Shown here in pieces: positions 1-7,940 of a DNA stretch of 56,135 nt; positions within the stretch are counted from its first letter, which is position 1, and every line of letters begins with the position of its first letter. The notes under the pieces were generated by a model. That model did no database searches and had not been told where the DNA came from. It saw only the letters and a program-made list of their open reading frames with translations. The translations under genes were made by a program, and so were the position numbers. Source of the DNA: a virus; the IMG/VR virus record IMGVR_UViG_3300045988_130618, positions 1 to 56,135 of that record, one strand, 5' to 3'.

Positions 1-52
1 CGCAATAATCCTTGAAAAGAAATCTTTGAATTTGTCAGCAATATAATCTCCT
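1..52. repeat. Terminal overlap: bases 1-52 are identical to 56084-56135, so the contig closes into a circle of 56083 unique bp
   Basis: Direct comparison of the first and last 52 nt (cgcaataatccttgaaaag...atataatctcct) gives an exact match. Confidence 0.95.
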
Positions 53-87
53 GTGTAATGGCTAGGTATGTCAATTACTACTTTCAT
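1..87 (-). CDS. 5' segment of a gene that wraps the contig junction and continues at 56135..55616; hypothetical protein
   Basis: ATG at 87-85 follows a GGAGGTGGAG RBS (100-91). 29 codons stay open to base 1 (MKVVIDIPSHYTGDYIADKFKDFFSRIIA). Via the overlap they are in frame with DIDCNG + MCGRYEK of the 55616..56065 ORF. Confidence 0.6.
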   Translation of the reverse strand, partial: MKVVIDIPSHYTGDYIADKFKDFFSRIIA

Positions 88-781
88 TTTCTCCACCTCC
101 AATGATTAATTCTGCATATGGTAGGTTTTCAATCCACTTGCAAAATTCTCTCCATTCATCTAACTTATGGTTTTTTCTTGAATGATACATATTAGATAAT
201 ACTTCATAATTAAGCATAACATTTCTTGTCTGATTGTATGAGGATGGAAGTAACTGTATCATTTGCCACCAATATGATTTATCCTCTGATTCCAGAAATT
301 CTATCCTAGCATGATTTAAAGAGGGTATTGTAAATCTTTCTAATATTTCTTTGGGACTAACTGTCATATGTTCATTGTTCGCTATAGGTATGAATGTGCC
401 CAACAAAATATCATTTAAGTGTTCGTAAGAGAAATCTTCAAGTGTAAACTCTTTTTCCTGAATCTTGTGCATAGTACTACAAGAGTTTGCAACAGTACCA
501 ACCTTGTATGTATCAAACTCTTTCCACCAATATAAAGGTGCTGTAATTCTTACATAAACTGGCATCATTCTCATATACTTTCTATGGTCTGTACCTGCTT
601 TAGCTAATCTCTGCATAAGGTCATGGTCATTATCACCTAATGCAAATATTTCATCAGAATTAATGTTATAAGTAATATAACTATCACTTTTATCCCAACT
701 ATTCATTGGATTTCTCATACCTTCAATAACAAATTCCATCTGGTCTGGTGAAGGTAAAACTGTATGTTCTAATTTAATCAT
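71..781 (-). CDS. ThyX (Thy1-fold)-like protein with a degenerate active-site motif
   Basis: N-terminal EGMRNPMNSWDKSDS and central GTDHRKYMRMMPVYVRITAPLYWWKEF..KVGTVANSCSTMH align by eye with the ThyX core. The RHRxxSxxxxSxRY motif is not conserved. Confidence 0.45.
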   Translation of the reverse strand: MIKLEHTVLPSPDQMEFVIEGMRNPMNSWDKSDSYITYNINSDEIFALGDNDHDLMQRLAKAGTDHRKYMRMMPVYVRITAPLYWWKEFDTYKVGTVANSCSTMHKIQEKEFTLEDFSYEHLNDILLGTFIPIANNEHMTVSPKEILERFTIPSLNHARIEFLESEDKSYWWQMIQLLPSSYNQTRNVMLNYEVLSNMYHSRKNHKLDEWREFCKWIENLPYAELIIGGGENESSN

Positions 782-795
782 TATTATTCTCCTTT

Positions 796-981
796 TTAAT
801 AATATTCTGCTTGTTCTATGGCTTTTTTATATAGTTTTGTATATTCTTCCTTATCTATTCTTTCCTCTTTTGTATAAAAGACTTCTTTACATTCCTTACA
901 TTGTCTTTTTCTTATAGTCGTTTTAAAGGTAGTTCTACTATCTAATACTTTCAAACTACCTCCACACATTCTACATATCAC
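796..981 (-). CDS. NrdR-type zinc-ribbon protein lacking the ATP-cone (61 aa, GTG start)
   Basis: MICRMCGGSLKVLDSR...IRKRQCKECKEVFYTKEE matches the NrdR N-terminus pattern CxxC..V.DSR...RRRxC..C..F.T.E. The protein ends right after the ribbon. AAGGAG RBS lies 7 nt upstream of the GTG. Confidence 0.55.
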   Translation of the reverse strand: MICRMCGGSLKVLDSRTTFKTTIRKRQCKECKEVFYTKEERIDKEEYTKLYKKAIEQAEYY

Positions 982-1309
982 TTTGATTCTCCTTATATCT
1001 TAAATATTCTAAAAACTGTCGCTCATTTAAAACATACATATCAGTTTTATCTTCAGGTGAAAATCTAAAAGCTAATACAGCTTCTTCCTTTCCCTGTTCA
1101 AACGATTGTTCTTTCATTTTTTCAAGCCAACCTTTCATAATAGTAAAAGATTTTCTTTCTATTGCTGGAGTTTTAGCTTCTATGAAAAACTTATCTGTAT
1201 GAACATCACCTCCTCCGAACTTTGTTCCACCGGAATTGCTCTGCACTTTACCTCCGGTTACTTTTGCGATATGCTTTTCCTGTTTATCTGAAAAATATCT
1301 AGTTGCCAT
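971..1309 (-). CDS. PD-(D/E)XK nuclease, Hjc/RecU-like resolvase candidate
   Basis: GGDVHTDKFFIEAK supplies a D...ExK motif; 112 aa; sits in the recombination/replication region. Confidence 0.45.
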   Translation of the reverse strand: MATRYFSDKQEKHIAKVTGGKVQSNSGGTKFGGGDVHTDKFFIEAKTPAIERKSFTIMKGWLEKMKEQSFEQGKEEAVLAFRFSPEDKTDMYVLNERQFLEYLRYKENQSDM

Positions 1310-1434
1310 TATTTATTTTTCCTCCTTTTATTGGCTTCTATAGCTCTACCCTGCTTTAATGCTTCCTTCTTAGTGGTATATACTTTTCCTGTTGTTCCCC
1401 ATTTATAACCTTTCTTTGTTTTCTTAACTGGCAT
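1309..1434 (-). CDS. Small basic hypothetical protein (41 aa, below the ORF-track cutoff)
   Basis: ATG at 1434 follows a GGAGGAAT RBS. Translation is MPVKKTKKGYKWGTTGKVYTTKKEALKQGRAIEANKRRKNK. Its TAA stop overlaps the next ATG. Confidence 0.5.
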   Translation of the reverse strand: MPVKKTKKGYKWGTTGKVYTTKKEALKQGRAIEANKRRKNK

Positions 1435-1583
1435 TTGTAAATTCCTCCTTTTTTACTTAATCCATTTTCTATCTAACTTTTTTGATAAACCATTAATCTT
1501 AACACCAAGAAAAGTCACAAGATATTGTGCATAATGTTTATTATGTTGTAATTTTGTTCCTTGTTTCTTCCATTGTCGTTTAT

Positions 1584-2126
1584 TCAATCTATCATCTCCC
1601 ATTCTTTTATAGCCGATTTTATTACCCAACCTGTCCAGCTTATATCGTCTATCTGTTCCATAATGTGTTTCAATTTTTCTTTTGCTTCTTCCTCACTTTC
1701 TATTCTTATTAGACCTACTTTTTCACTACATTCTGGACCTATACCATATAATTTAGATACTGGATTAGTTAATGGTTTTCCACATACAAGGCATTTAGAA
1801 GTAGGTTCTGCTTTTCCTTGTAAATTCATATAATACATTCCTCTTGTTTCTTTTATAACTTCACCTTGCATAATACATAATGGCATTGGAACACTATTAT
1901 TCCACTTATCCTGAAAATCAAAAGTAGATGTCGCTGGTTCTGTCATATACTTTTTAACAGTGATTTTATATGACTTTCCTACTTCCATCTTATTTGATTT
2001 CATATGCTCTACAGCATACTTTACTCCACAATGTCTTGCCGGGAGGATAAACTCAAATGGTTTATCCTCTTCAAAATCTTGTTCTTTGTATCTATGTATT
2101 TGTTTGAATATTTCTTTCATAATCAT
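1584..2126 (-). CDS. Hypothetical protein with a DUF6011-like zinc-ribbon motif
   Basis: CLVCGKPLTNPVSKLYGIGPEC fits CxxCGxxLxxxxSxxxGxGxxC. Confidence 0.5.
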   Translation of the reverse strand: MIMKEIFKQIHRYKEQDFEEDKPFEFILPARHCGVKYAVEHMKSNKMEVGKSYKITVKKYMTEPATSTFDFQDKWNNSVPMPLCIMQGEVIKETRGMYYMNLQGKAEPTSKCLVCGKPLTNPVSKLYGIGPECSEKVGLIRIESEEEAKEKLKHIMEQIDDISWTGWVIKSAIKEWEMID

Positions 2127-2133
2127 ACCTTCT

Positions 2134-2370
2134 TTATATACAAGAACAATTCTGTAATGCTAATGCTAAACAACATTTTGCCTTTTCTATAGCATCATCA
2201 AATCTACCCTTAGCAAATATAAAAAGATGTTCCCACTTAGCATCTTGAAAAGGAACTATGATAAAAGCCTCATAGTGACCTACGCTATAAGGTGAATCTG
2301 GCTTCCATATTATTCTTGCACTTCCTACATAGTTATTAACATTCATTTCAATCACTTTATTTGTTTTCAT
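2134..2370 (-). CDS. Hypothetical protein; start trimmed from 2427 to the ATG at 2370
   Basis: A GTGAGG RBS precedes the ATG at 2370. The longer ORF would run through promoter P1. Confidence 0.55.
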   Translation of the reverse strand: MKTNKVIEMNVNNYVGSARIIWKPDSPYSVGHYEAFIIVPFQDAKWEHLFIFAKGRFDDAIEKAKCCLALALQNCSCI

Positions 2371-2415
2371 AATAATTACCTCACTTTTATTTAATATATT
2401 TCTTAACTTGTTTAT

Positions 2416-2444
2416 ATTGTAATACATATAAACATAAATGTCAA
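2416..2444 (-). promoter_or_regulatory. SigmaA-type promoter P1 (TTGACA-N17-TACAAT)
   Basis: Minus strand reads TTGACAtttatgtttatatgtatTACAAT, followed by the conserved box ATAAACAAGTTAAGA. Confidence 0.75.
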
Positions 2445-2464
2445 GTGATTTTATTTAAAATAAA

Positions 2465-2498
2465 TAAAAAAGTTATCCACAATTTAATGTGGATAACT
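2465..2498 (-). terminator. Rho-independent terminator after recA; its stem arms are two inverted consensus DnaA boxes
   Basis: agttatccaca / tgtggataact gives an 11-bp stem with a 6-nt loop, followed by a T-run on the minus strand. TTATCCACA sits at 2473-2481 and TGTGGATAA at 2488-2496. Confidence 0.75.
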
Positions 2499-2516
2499 TT
2501 AGTAAATTGTTAATAA

Positions 2517-3536
2517 CTACTCTGCTTCTAACAGTGTCTGAATATCATTAGATAACTGCATATAAGCATCTGTATTATCTCTTAAATATTCAACCAATTT
2601 AGACTTGCCTTGAAATTTCTCTTTAACTTCCCCAGTTTCAGGTTCTACTAGTGTGAACCATGCACCAGCCTGATTGACAAGTCCTAACTTAATCGCAACA
2701 TCAACAGCATCAGAAATATAATCAATTCCTTCCAGATATTTCAGTGTATAGAATCCAACTTTTCTATCCGGTCTACATACTTTAGATTTAATAAGTGCTA
2801 CATTCACTATATTTCCAGCAGGATTCTCACAAGCTCTTGAAAGATTATTGCCTTTATCATCAATATAGTTTCCTTTTCTAAATTCAAGTCTTGTACTGCA
2901 AGCGTGTCTCCAAGCTCTTCCTCCTGTCGTTGTTGTTCCTCCGTACATACTATTCATATCATCTCGTACTTGATTTATTCCTATGAAGGCAGTCTGTGTT
3001 CTTGAAAGAACTGGAGTTATTTTCTTGCTAAATTCAGTTAGTGCCATACTTACCCCACCATATGTTCTTTCTCCTATCTGCTTTTCGTTTGCCTGCATTG
3101 ATACCATAGCACCTATACTATCTAATATACATAGGCTTATTTCTCCACTATCTATTAGTTCAATCATCATATTAAAGACTTCTTCTGCCCCCATACTATC
3201 TGGGTCAAGATAGATTATATCGTTACAATTCAATCCTAACTTAGTAGCCCAGCAAGAATCAAAAGTATGTTCAATATCTACAAATAACACTTTTTTATCT
3301 GGAAACATTCTTTGAGCATTTCCTGCTATATCAATAGCAGTAGTCGTCTTTCCACTTCCATCTGAACCATAAAACTCGGCTATTCTTCCAACCGGGATTC
3401 CACCATATGTCATATAATTTAATCTACAAGAGGAAAATGGAATCTTCTGCACTTCTTGAAAGTCTACACCTAAAGAAATGGCTCCTACTTTCATTTTCTT
3501 ATTTAAGTCTTTAATAATATTATCTAATTCTGACAT
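2517..3536 (-). CDS. recA: RecA-family recombinase
   Basis: Walker A GSDGSGKTT; Walker B-like LCILDSIGAM; RecA-type C-terminal domain (GLVNQAGAWFTL...GKSKLVEYLRDN); 339 aa. Confidence 0.85.
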   Translation of the reverse strand: MSELDNIIKDLNKKMKVGAISLGVDFQEVQKIPFSSCRLNYMTYGGIPVGRIAEFYGSDGSGKTTTAIDIAGNAQRMFPDKKVLFVDIEHTFDSCWATKLGLNCNDIIYLDPDSMGAEEVFNMMIELIDSGEISLCILDSIGAMVSMQANEKQIGERTYGGVSMALTEFSKKITPVLSRTQTAFIGINQVRDDMNSMYGGTTTTGGRAWRHACSTRLEFRKGNYIDDKGNNLSRACENPAGNIVNVALIKSKVCRPDRKVGFYTLKYLEGIDYISDAVDVAIKLGLVNQAGAWFTLVEPETGEVKEKFQGKSKLVEYLRDNTDAYMQLSNDIQTLLEAE

Positions 3537-3919
3537 AATTGTTTAATCCTCTCTTCTTTTAATTTTGCATATCTTTTTCGTTGATATTCTCTTACATATT
3601 GTTTATATTTTTCTGTCTGCCTATATTTTCGTTTAGTTTCTTTTCCTTTTTCACTTTCTCTATATCTTTTATCTCGTGCTTTTCCTTTTTCAGAATTGTT
3701 ATATCTTTTCATACAAGCCTTACCTTTAGGTGAAGCGTTAAAGGCTTTTCTACGTGCTTTTCCTTTTTCAGATGTATTATAATTTATAAACTTCGTAGAT
3801 TGTCCACGCTCTTTAAGTATTTGTCTATCTATTTCTATACTTTCATCATAGGTATCAAAATTTCCATCATATATGCAATCATCATATATGCAATTAAAAC
3901 AATCTTTATTACATTTCAT
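3524..3919 (-). CDS. Hypothetical protein: Cys-rich N-terminus plus a basic tail with a repeated SEKGKA..KRY motif
   Basis: CNKDCFNCIYDDC at the N-terminus; three or four SEKGK-type repeats. Confidence 0.6.
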   Translation of the reverse strand: MKCNKDCFNCIYDDCIYDGNFDTYDESIEIDRQILKERGQSTKFINYNTSEKGKARRKAFNASPKGKACMKRYNNSEKGKARDKRYRESEKGKETKRKYRQTEKYKQYVREYQRKRYAKLKEERIKQLCQN

Positions 3920-3921
3920 AA

Positions 3922-4473
3922 TTAATCCTCCGAAGTATGATTTATATATCTACTATTTGATAGTTCCATTTCTGTTATTCTTTTATTCATTACTTTTTTT
4001 AAGCTATTAAGCATTTCATATCCTGCATCCATTCGCAATTTCACTTTCTTATAAGCTCTTGAATATATAGCAAGTGTCATTGTTTCTGCTTGTGCTATAA
4101 GCTCTGCTTGTGCTGTCTTATCTGCAACTGTTTTTCCTGTTGCCTGTTCTCTTGCTTTTGAATATACTTCTTGTCTTATGGCTTTACAAGTATCTTCTTT
4201 AATACCTAAATCTTCCTGTGCCGAACCTGTGAAATATAAAGTATTTGCTAAATCCAATATATGAAATTCTAGTTCTTCATCAGTTATTTCCCTATTACTC
4301 TGCAACTCTTCTCGAATAACTGACATTAAATCATTCAAATCTTTGCAATACTTATTTACAAGTTTATCTGATATTTCTTTAATTGTATCACTTATATTAT
4401 CCACATTTTTCATTATAGATTCAGTTGTTTTGGATTCAGATGTATTAACCTTAATGTTGTCTCTTCTACTCAT
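3922..4473 (-). CDS. Hypothetical coiled-coil protein
   Basis: Long ORF tightly packed in the operon; no recognisable motif. Confidence 0.6.
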   Translation of the reverse strand: MSRRDNIKVNTSESKTTESIMKNVDNISDTIKEISDKLVNKYCKDLNDLMSVIREELQSNREITDEELEFHILDLANTLYFTGSAQEDLGIKEDTCKAIRQEVYSKAREQATGKTVADKTAQAELIAQAETMTLAIYSRAYKKVKLRMDAGYEMLNSLKKVMNKRITEMELSNSRYINHTSED

Positions 4474-4664
4474 TATCTAATAATTCCTCCTTCAGGATTA
4501 GTGGTTAAATAGTCACAAGTTATACGAGATAGATTAATGGGTAAATCATTGGTACAGTAATCACATTTTTCATCAATGCCCTCTATCAAATATGACATAT
4601 CGTCCACATATTTACATATATGCTTATGAATGCAATCATTACAAAGATACTTAGGTTTAATCAT
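4473..4664 (-). CDS. Small Cys-rich hypothetical protein
   Basis: 63 aa with CNDCIHKHIC and CDYC; overlapping stop/start with its neighbours. Confidence 0.5.
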   Translation of the reverse strand: MIKPKYLCNDCIHKHICKYVDDMSYLIEGIDEKCDYCTNDLPINLSRITCDYLTTNPEGGIIR

Positions 4665-5137
4665 AATTTCCTCCTTGCATATTCTGCCATTAACAAAGCC
4701 TCTGCCATTCCATCATGGTCTTTCTTACATCTTTCAGTTGCTTTTAGATTAACACTAGGAAATAATCTTTTACATACTTGAATAGATGTATTTTTATCAG
4801 ATGTGCAGGAAAATTCTTTCTTCCATTTCTGAGGTGGTACTAATTCAAAGGGTATTTCATATGCTTTAAGTACACCTTGTATAAACCCAAAATTCTGTCC
4901 AAAATTAAACATTGATACTACACCCTGTCCAGGCATTGCATTTACTTTTTCAAGTACACATTTAATCTCTTCATCTCTATGTACTGCTATGCAAGAACCT
5001 TTTGTGCATACATCAATAACATCTATCAAATCATCATCTGAATATTTATAAACAGATATATCAAGAGGTTTAGGAAGTTTATCATGCATAACTGCAATGC
5101 CACCATTTTTTCCTGGGTCAATTCCTATATATATCAT
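4661..5137 (-). CDS. RuvC-like Holliday junction resolvase
   Basis: N-terminal IYIGIDPGKNGGIAV (RuvC/RNase H-like catalytic Asp); C-terminal DHDGMAEALLMA; 158 aa. Confidence 0.7.
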   Translation of the reverse strand: MIYIGIDPGKNGGIAVMHDKLPKPLDISVYKYSDDDLIDVIDVCTKGSCIAVHRDEEIKCVLEKVNAMPGQGVVSMFNFGQNFGFIQGVLKAYEIPFELVPPQKWKKEFSCTSDKNTSIQVCKRLFPSVNLKATERCKKDHDGMAEALLMAEYARRKL

Positions 5138-5432
5138 CTAATATCACCTTCAATCTTACTTTATACTCTACATCGCCATTATCCATTTTGGTCTTTTCTA
5201 TAGGTAATCCTCTTTTTATAAGTTCTTTGGTTAACATATTTGCTAAAATTCCTTTAATCCATGATTCCTGCACAATAGCTTTATCCCATTTATCTACAAT
5301 ATAGGAAGCACCAATAGTAGTACACTGAATAGGCTGTTCAATAATTTTAGGTGGTTGAAACTTTAATTTATCAATTTCTTTTTGTAACTCTTCTATCTTC
5401 TTATCCTTTTTTGTTTTGATACCAAATATCAT
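5118..5432 (-). CDS. Hypothetical protein
   Basis: ORF packed in the operon; no motif recognised. Confidence 0.55.
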   Translation of the reverse strand: MIFGIKTKKDKKIEELQKEIDKLKFQPPKIIEQPIQCTTIGASYIVDKWDKAIVQESWIKGILANMLTKELIKRGLPIEKTKMDNGDVEYKVRLKVILDDIYRN

Positions 5433-5680
5433 TTTATTATCACCTCTCCAAAGTTTAATTTTTTATCTATTGCTATTTCAAATCTATCAGGATATCCTGC
5501 CTCTGGACCTGAATACCACCAACAATTAGATTTTTTATCATAATCCGTAGATAATTTTTTAAATAATCTAAATGTATCTTTACTCATTATTATATAAGGA
5601 CAAGCTGTAAAACCTTCAGATTCTACAATATTATTAAGTTCTTCATTAACATCCATATCTGTAGTATCAAATAATAACAT
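5429..5680 (-). CDS. Hypothetical protein
   Basis: ORF packed in the operon; no motif recognised. Confidence 0.55.
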   Translation of the reverse strand: MLLFDTTDMDVNEELNNIVESEGFTACPYIIMSKDTFRLFKKLSTDYDKKSNCWWYSGPEAGYPDRFEIAIDKKLNFGEVIIK

Positions 5681-5682
5681 AA

Positions 5683-6480
5683 TTAACCTACCTTTCTACA
5701 TATTCCTTTATAAGAACAATATTTACAATTCTTTGTATCTTCTGTTCGTGGAGGAGCTATCATTCTTTCCACGTATCCCTCACATTCACTTATATAGTTT
5801 ACAAGCCAGTTTTTCATATCCTGAGTTACTTCAAATACCTCAGGAACTTCAAGTGTACATATATCTCTATTCTCATATGTCACAAAAGCCTTATCTAAGT
5901 CTAAAGCTGTACAATAACATATAACCTGATTATGATGCTGTTCTAAGCAATGATTATCAAGTTGATTATATTTGAAAGATACCACATTCTTAAATTCAAA
6001 AAGATAATCCTCATTTGTAGATATCCTTCTTACAATGCCATCACACCTGAAAGATAAATTTAATACAGTATCTATAAGATGTGTTTCTGCTCCTTGTGTA
6101 CCTTTTATAATCAAGGATTTACATTTCCCAAACTTCTGTTTTTGCTTAACATATTCAGCAACATCAAGATACTTCCAATCATAGCCCATCTTTTGCATAT
6201 TTAATAATACATTCTGTATCCTTTCATGTCTGTCTGTACCAGTATCTGCCATTCCTGTAGAATTATATTCTACCATTTCTGGGTCTTGTGGTGCTTTTGT
6301 ACGAGTAAAATACATATTTCTCATACAATGTAAAGAAGAAGGCTTATAATAATTACTTCCTTTTCTTCTTCCTTCTTGTTCCATTCTTTCAATACAGCTC
6401 ATTACATCAGATAAGAATTTCTTGTTTGCTGGAAGCTGGGGTTTATTGTTATTTATTAGATTTAATAATCTTCTACTCAT
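5683..6480 (-). CDS. Cas4/RecB-like PD-(D/E)XK exonuclease with an Fe-S cysteine set
   Basis: One N-terminal Cys (SSLHCMR), a DYLFEFKNV (ExK) core and a C-terminal CKYCSYKGIC. Start set at the ATG at 6480, after GGAAAGGAG. Confidence 0.65.
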   Translation of the reverse strand: MSRRLLNLINNNKPQLPANKKFLSDVMSCIERMEQEGRRKGSNYYKPSSLHCMRNMYFTRTKAPQDPEMVEYNSTGMADTGTDRHERIQNVLLNMQKMGYDWKYLDVAEYVKQKQKFGKCKSLIIKGTQGAETHLIDTVLNLSFRCDGIVRRISTNEDYLFEFKNVVSFKYNQLDNHCLEQHHNQVICYCTALDLDKAFVTYENRDICTLEVPEVFEVTQDMKNWLVNYISECEGYVERMIAPPRTEDTKNCKYCSYKGICRKVG

Positions 6481-6637
6481 TATTATTCTCCTTTCCATAA
6501 CTTTTAACAGCTTTCTTCAAATATTCAACAAAATCAAAATCCTTATAGCTCTTCAATTCTTCTTTTGTACATAAACTATTAATCATACAATGATTAGATT
6601 CTAATATTTGCATAGCCTTAGTTGCTCTTTTTGTCAT
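6473..6637 (-). CDS. Small hypothetical protein (54 aa, not in the ORF track)
   Basis: ATG at 6637 follows a GGAGGAAAT RBS, directly downstream of promoter P2. Translation starts MTKRATKAMQILESNHCMINSLC. Confidence 0.5.
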   Translation of the reverse strand: MTKRATKAMQILESNHCMINSLCTKEELKSYKDFDFVEYLKKAVKSYGKENNNE

Positions 6638-6676
6638 TTAATTTCCTCCTTGTTTGTTACCTCTTAACTTGATTAT

Positions 6677-6705
6677 ATTGTAATACATATATATAGAAAT
6701 GTCAA
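6677..6705 (-). promoter_or_regulatory. SigmaA-type promoter P2 (TTGACA-N17-TACAAT)
   Basis: Minus strand reads TTGACAtttctatatatatgtatTACAAT, followed by ATAATCAAGTTAAGAG. Confidence 0.75.
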
Positions 6706-6727
6706 GCATATTTTAAAAATTTATATA

Positions 6728-6763
6728 TAAAAAATACACCCTTATATTTCTATAAGGGTGTAT
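6728..6763 (-). terminator. Rho-independent terminator after the clamp gene
   Basis: atacaccctta / taagggtgtat gives an 11-bp stem with an 8-nt loop, then TTTTTT on the minus strand. Confidence 0.75.
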
Positions 6764-6828
6764 ATACATAATAGGAAAGTGGTGAAACAGTGATATCTTT
6801 CAATCCGTTTGCAATATAAAGTATATAC

Positions 6829-7926
6829 TTATTCAGTCATATTGTCAAGGTCTTCATCCTCAAGAAGTGCTATAACCTGTGTTACTTTTCCACTCTCAAT
6901 CTTTAAAGCATTTTCATTTCCATAGCAAATCTTAACAGTATCATCAGGATTAGCCTGCAACTGTTCCTTCAACATTGGAATATCTACACAACACATGAAT
7001 GGTTCAAAGTCCTTGCTTTCTACATAGTTGATAGTCTCTGTTGAAGCATCCTTTTTACTATGGATATTGATACCTTTTCTTCCAAATGTGAAATATGCTC
7101 CATTCTTATCGTATGGTTCTATGAAAAGTGCCAATCTATCAAGAGTTGCTAACAGTAAATCTTTTGGTACTTTACAAGATGATGTAAATGCTTCATCAAG
7201 ATAAGCTTTTATACTATCAACTGGGAAATTTTCAATTCCTTCCATTAATGCTCCATCAATCACAACATCTTCTGTCACAAACAGAATACTTGCTGAACCA
7301 ATGTAAACATTTATGTCTTCATTAGTATTCAAAGTTAATAACTGCATCTGTTGTGCAGAAACAAGAATCGGATTCTCATATTCAAACATCTTGAATCCAT
7401 TAAAGGTTATCACACATCCATCAGTTGTGATTACATTTGTATCATCACAATAATAACCTGTCAAAGCAGGTTCTTCTAATGTCTTCGCAAGAGCTGACTT
7501 ATTAATATTATAAGCCTGCATAACACTTGAGAGCTTGGTTGTACACTGTACATTTTTATCGTCCATAATCTTAATATCTGGAAAAGACACAAGACCTTCC
7601 TCATCAGAAATAAGTGGAATCTTATATGTTCCGTTAGCTTTAACAGATAATACATCATCAATAATTATTAATTCAATATCCTCGGAAGTTGTCTTGGCTA
7701 TTAACTTTCCGAACTTGTCAGCATCAACTGTGATATCCATGTCATCTCCAGCTACTTTGTCAATGATAATACATAATGTATTAGTCATATCTGTTGTAAG
7801 CAACCTTAACTTTCCATCTGATAATTTAATACCTAGCATGGATGTAATTGGGATAAGATTGTTAAATCCTGCTCCTTTGATTGCTTTGTTTACTGCTTCT
7901 TTCATCCTGCTTGTTACTACTTTCAT
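6829..7926 (-). CDS. DNA sliding clamp (DnaN/beta-clamp-like)
   Basis: 365 aa, typical beta-clamp length and three-domain-like periodicity. N-terminus MKVVTSRMKEAVNKAIKGAG..LIPITSMLGIKL. A clamp-loader set is encoded elsewhere in the genome. Confidence 0.6.
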   Translation of the reverse strand: MKVVTSRMKEAVNKAIKGAGFNNLIPITSMLGIKLSDGKLRLLTTDMTNTLCIIIDKVAGDDMDITVDADKFGKLIAKTTSEDIELIIIDDVLSVKANGTYKIPLISDEEGLVSFPDIKIMDDKNVQCTTKLSSVMQAYNINKSALAKTLEEPALTGYYCDDTNVITTDGCVITFNGFKMFEYENPILVSAQQMQLLTLNTNEDINVYIGSASILFVTEDVVIDGALMEGIENFPVDSIKAYLDEAFTSSCKVPKDLLLATLDRLALFIEPYDKNGAYFTFGRKGINIHSKKDASTETINYVESKDFEPFMCCVDIPMLKEQLQANPDDTVKICYGNENALKIESGKVTQVIALLEDEDLDNMTE

Positions 7927-7940
7927 TTATATATCCTCCT

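Noticed and set aside
1-52. The 52-bp terminal repeat as a biological direct terminal repeat or cos region
   Set aside because: The repeat falls in the middle of a coding sequence that reads through the junction in frame. Its length is typical of assembler k-mer overlap. The terminase looks like a headful (PBSX) type. Without reads this cannot be proven.
3600-3800. The SEKGKA..KRY periodicity as a DNA tandem repeat or mobile-element scar
   Set aside because: The repetition is at the protein-motif level with divergent codons. There is no extended nucleotide identity between the units.
7476-7661. Nested minus-strand ORFs in alternative frames (7476..7661, 16206..16394, 26379..26612, 32632..32832)
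   Set aside because: They are fully embedded in longer ORFs with recognisable functions (clamp, primase, membrane protein, Tal-like protein). They have no RBS and their composition is implausible.
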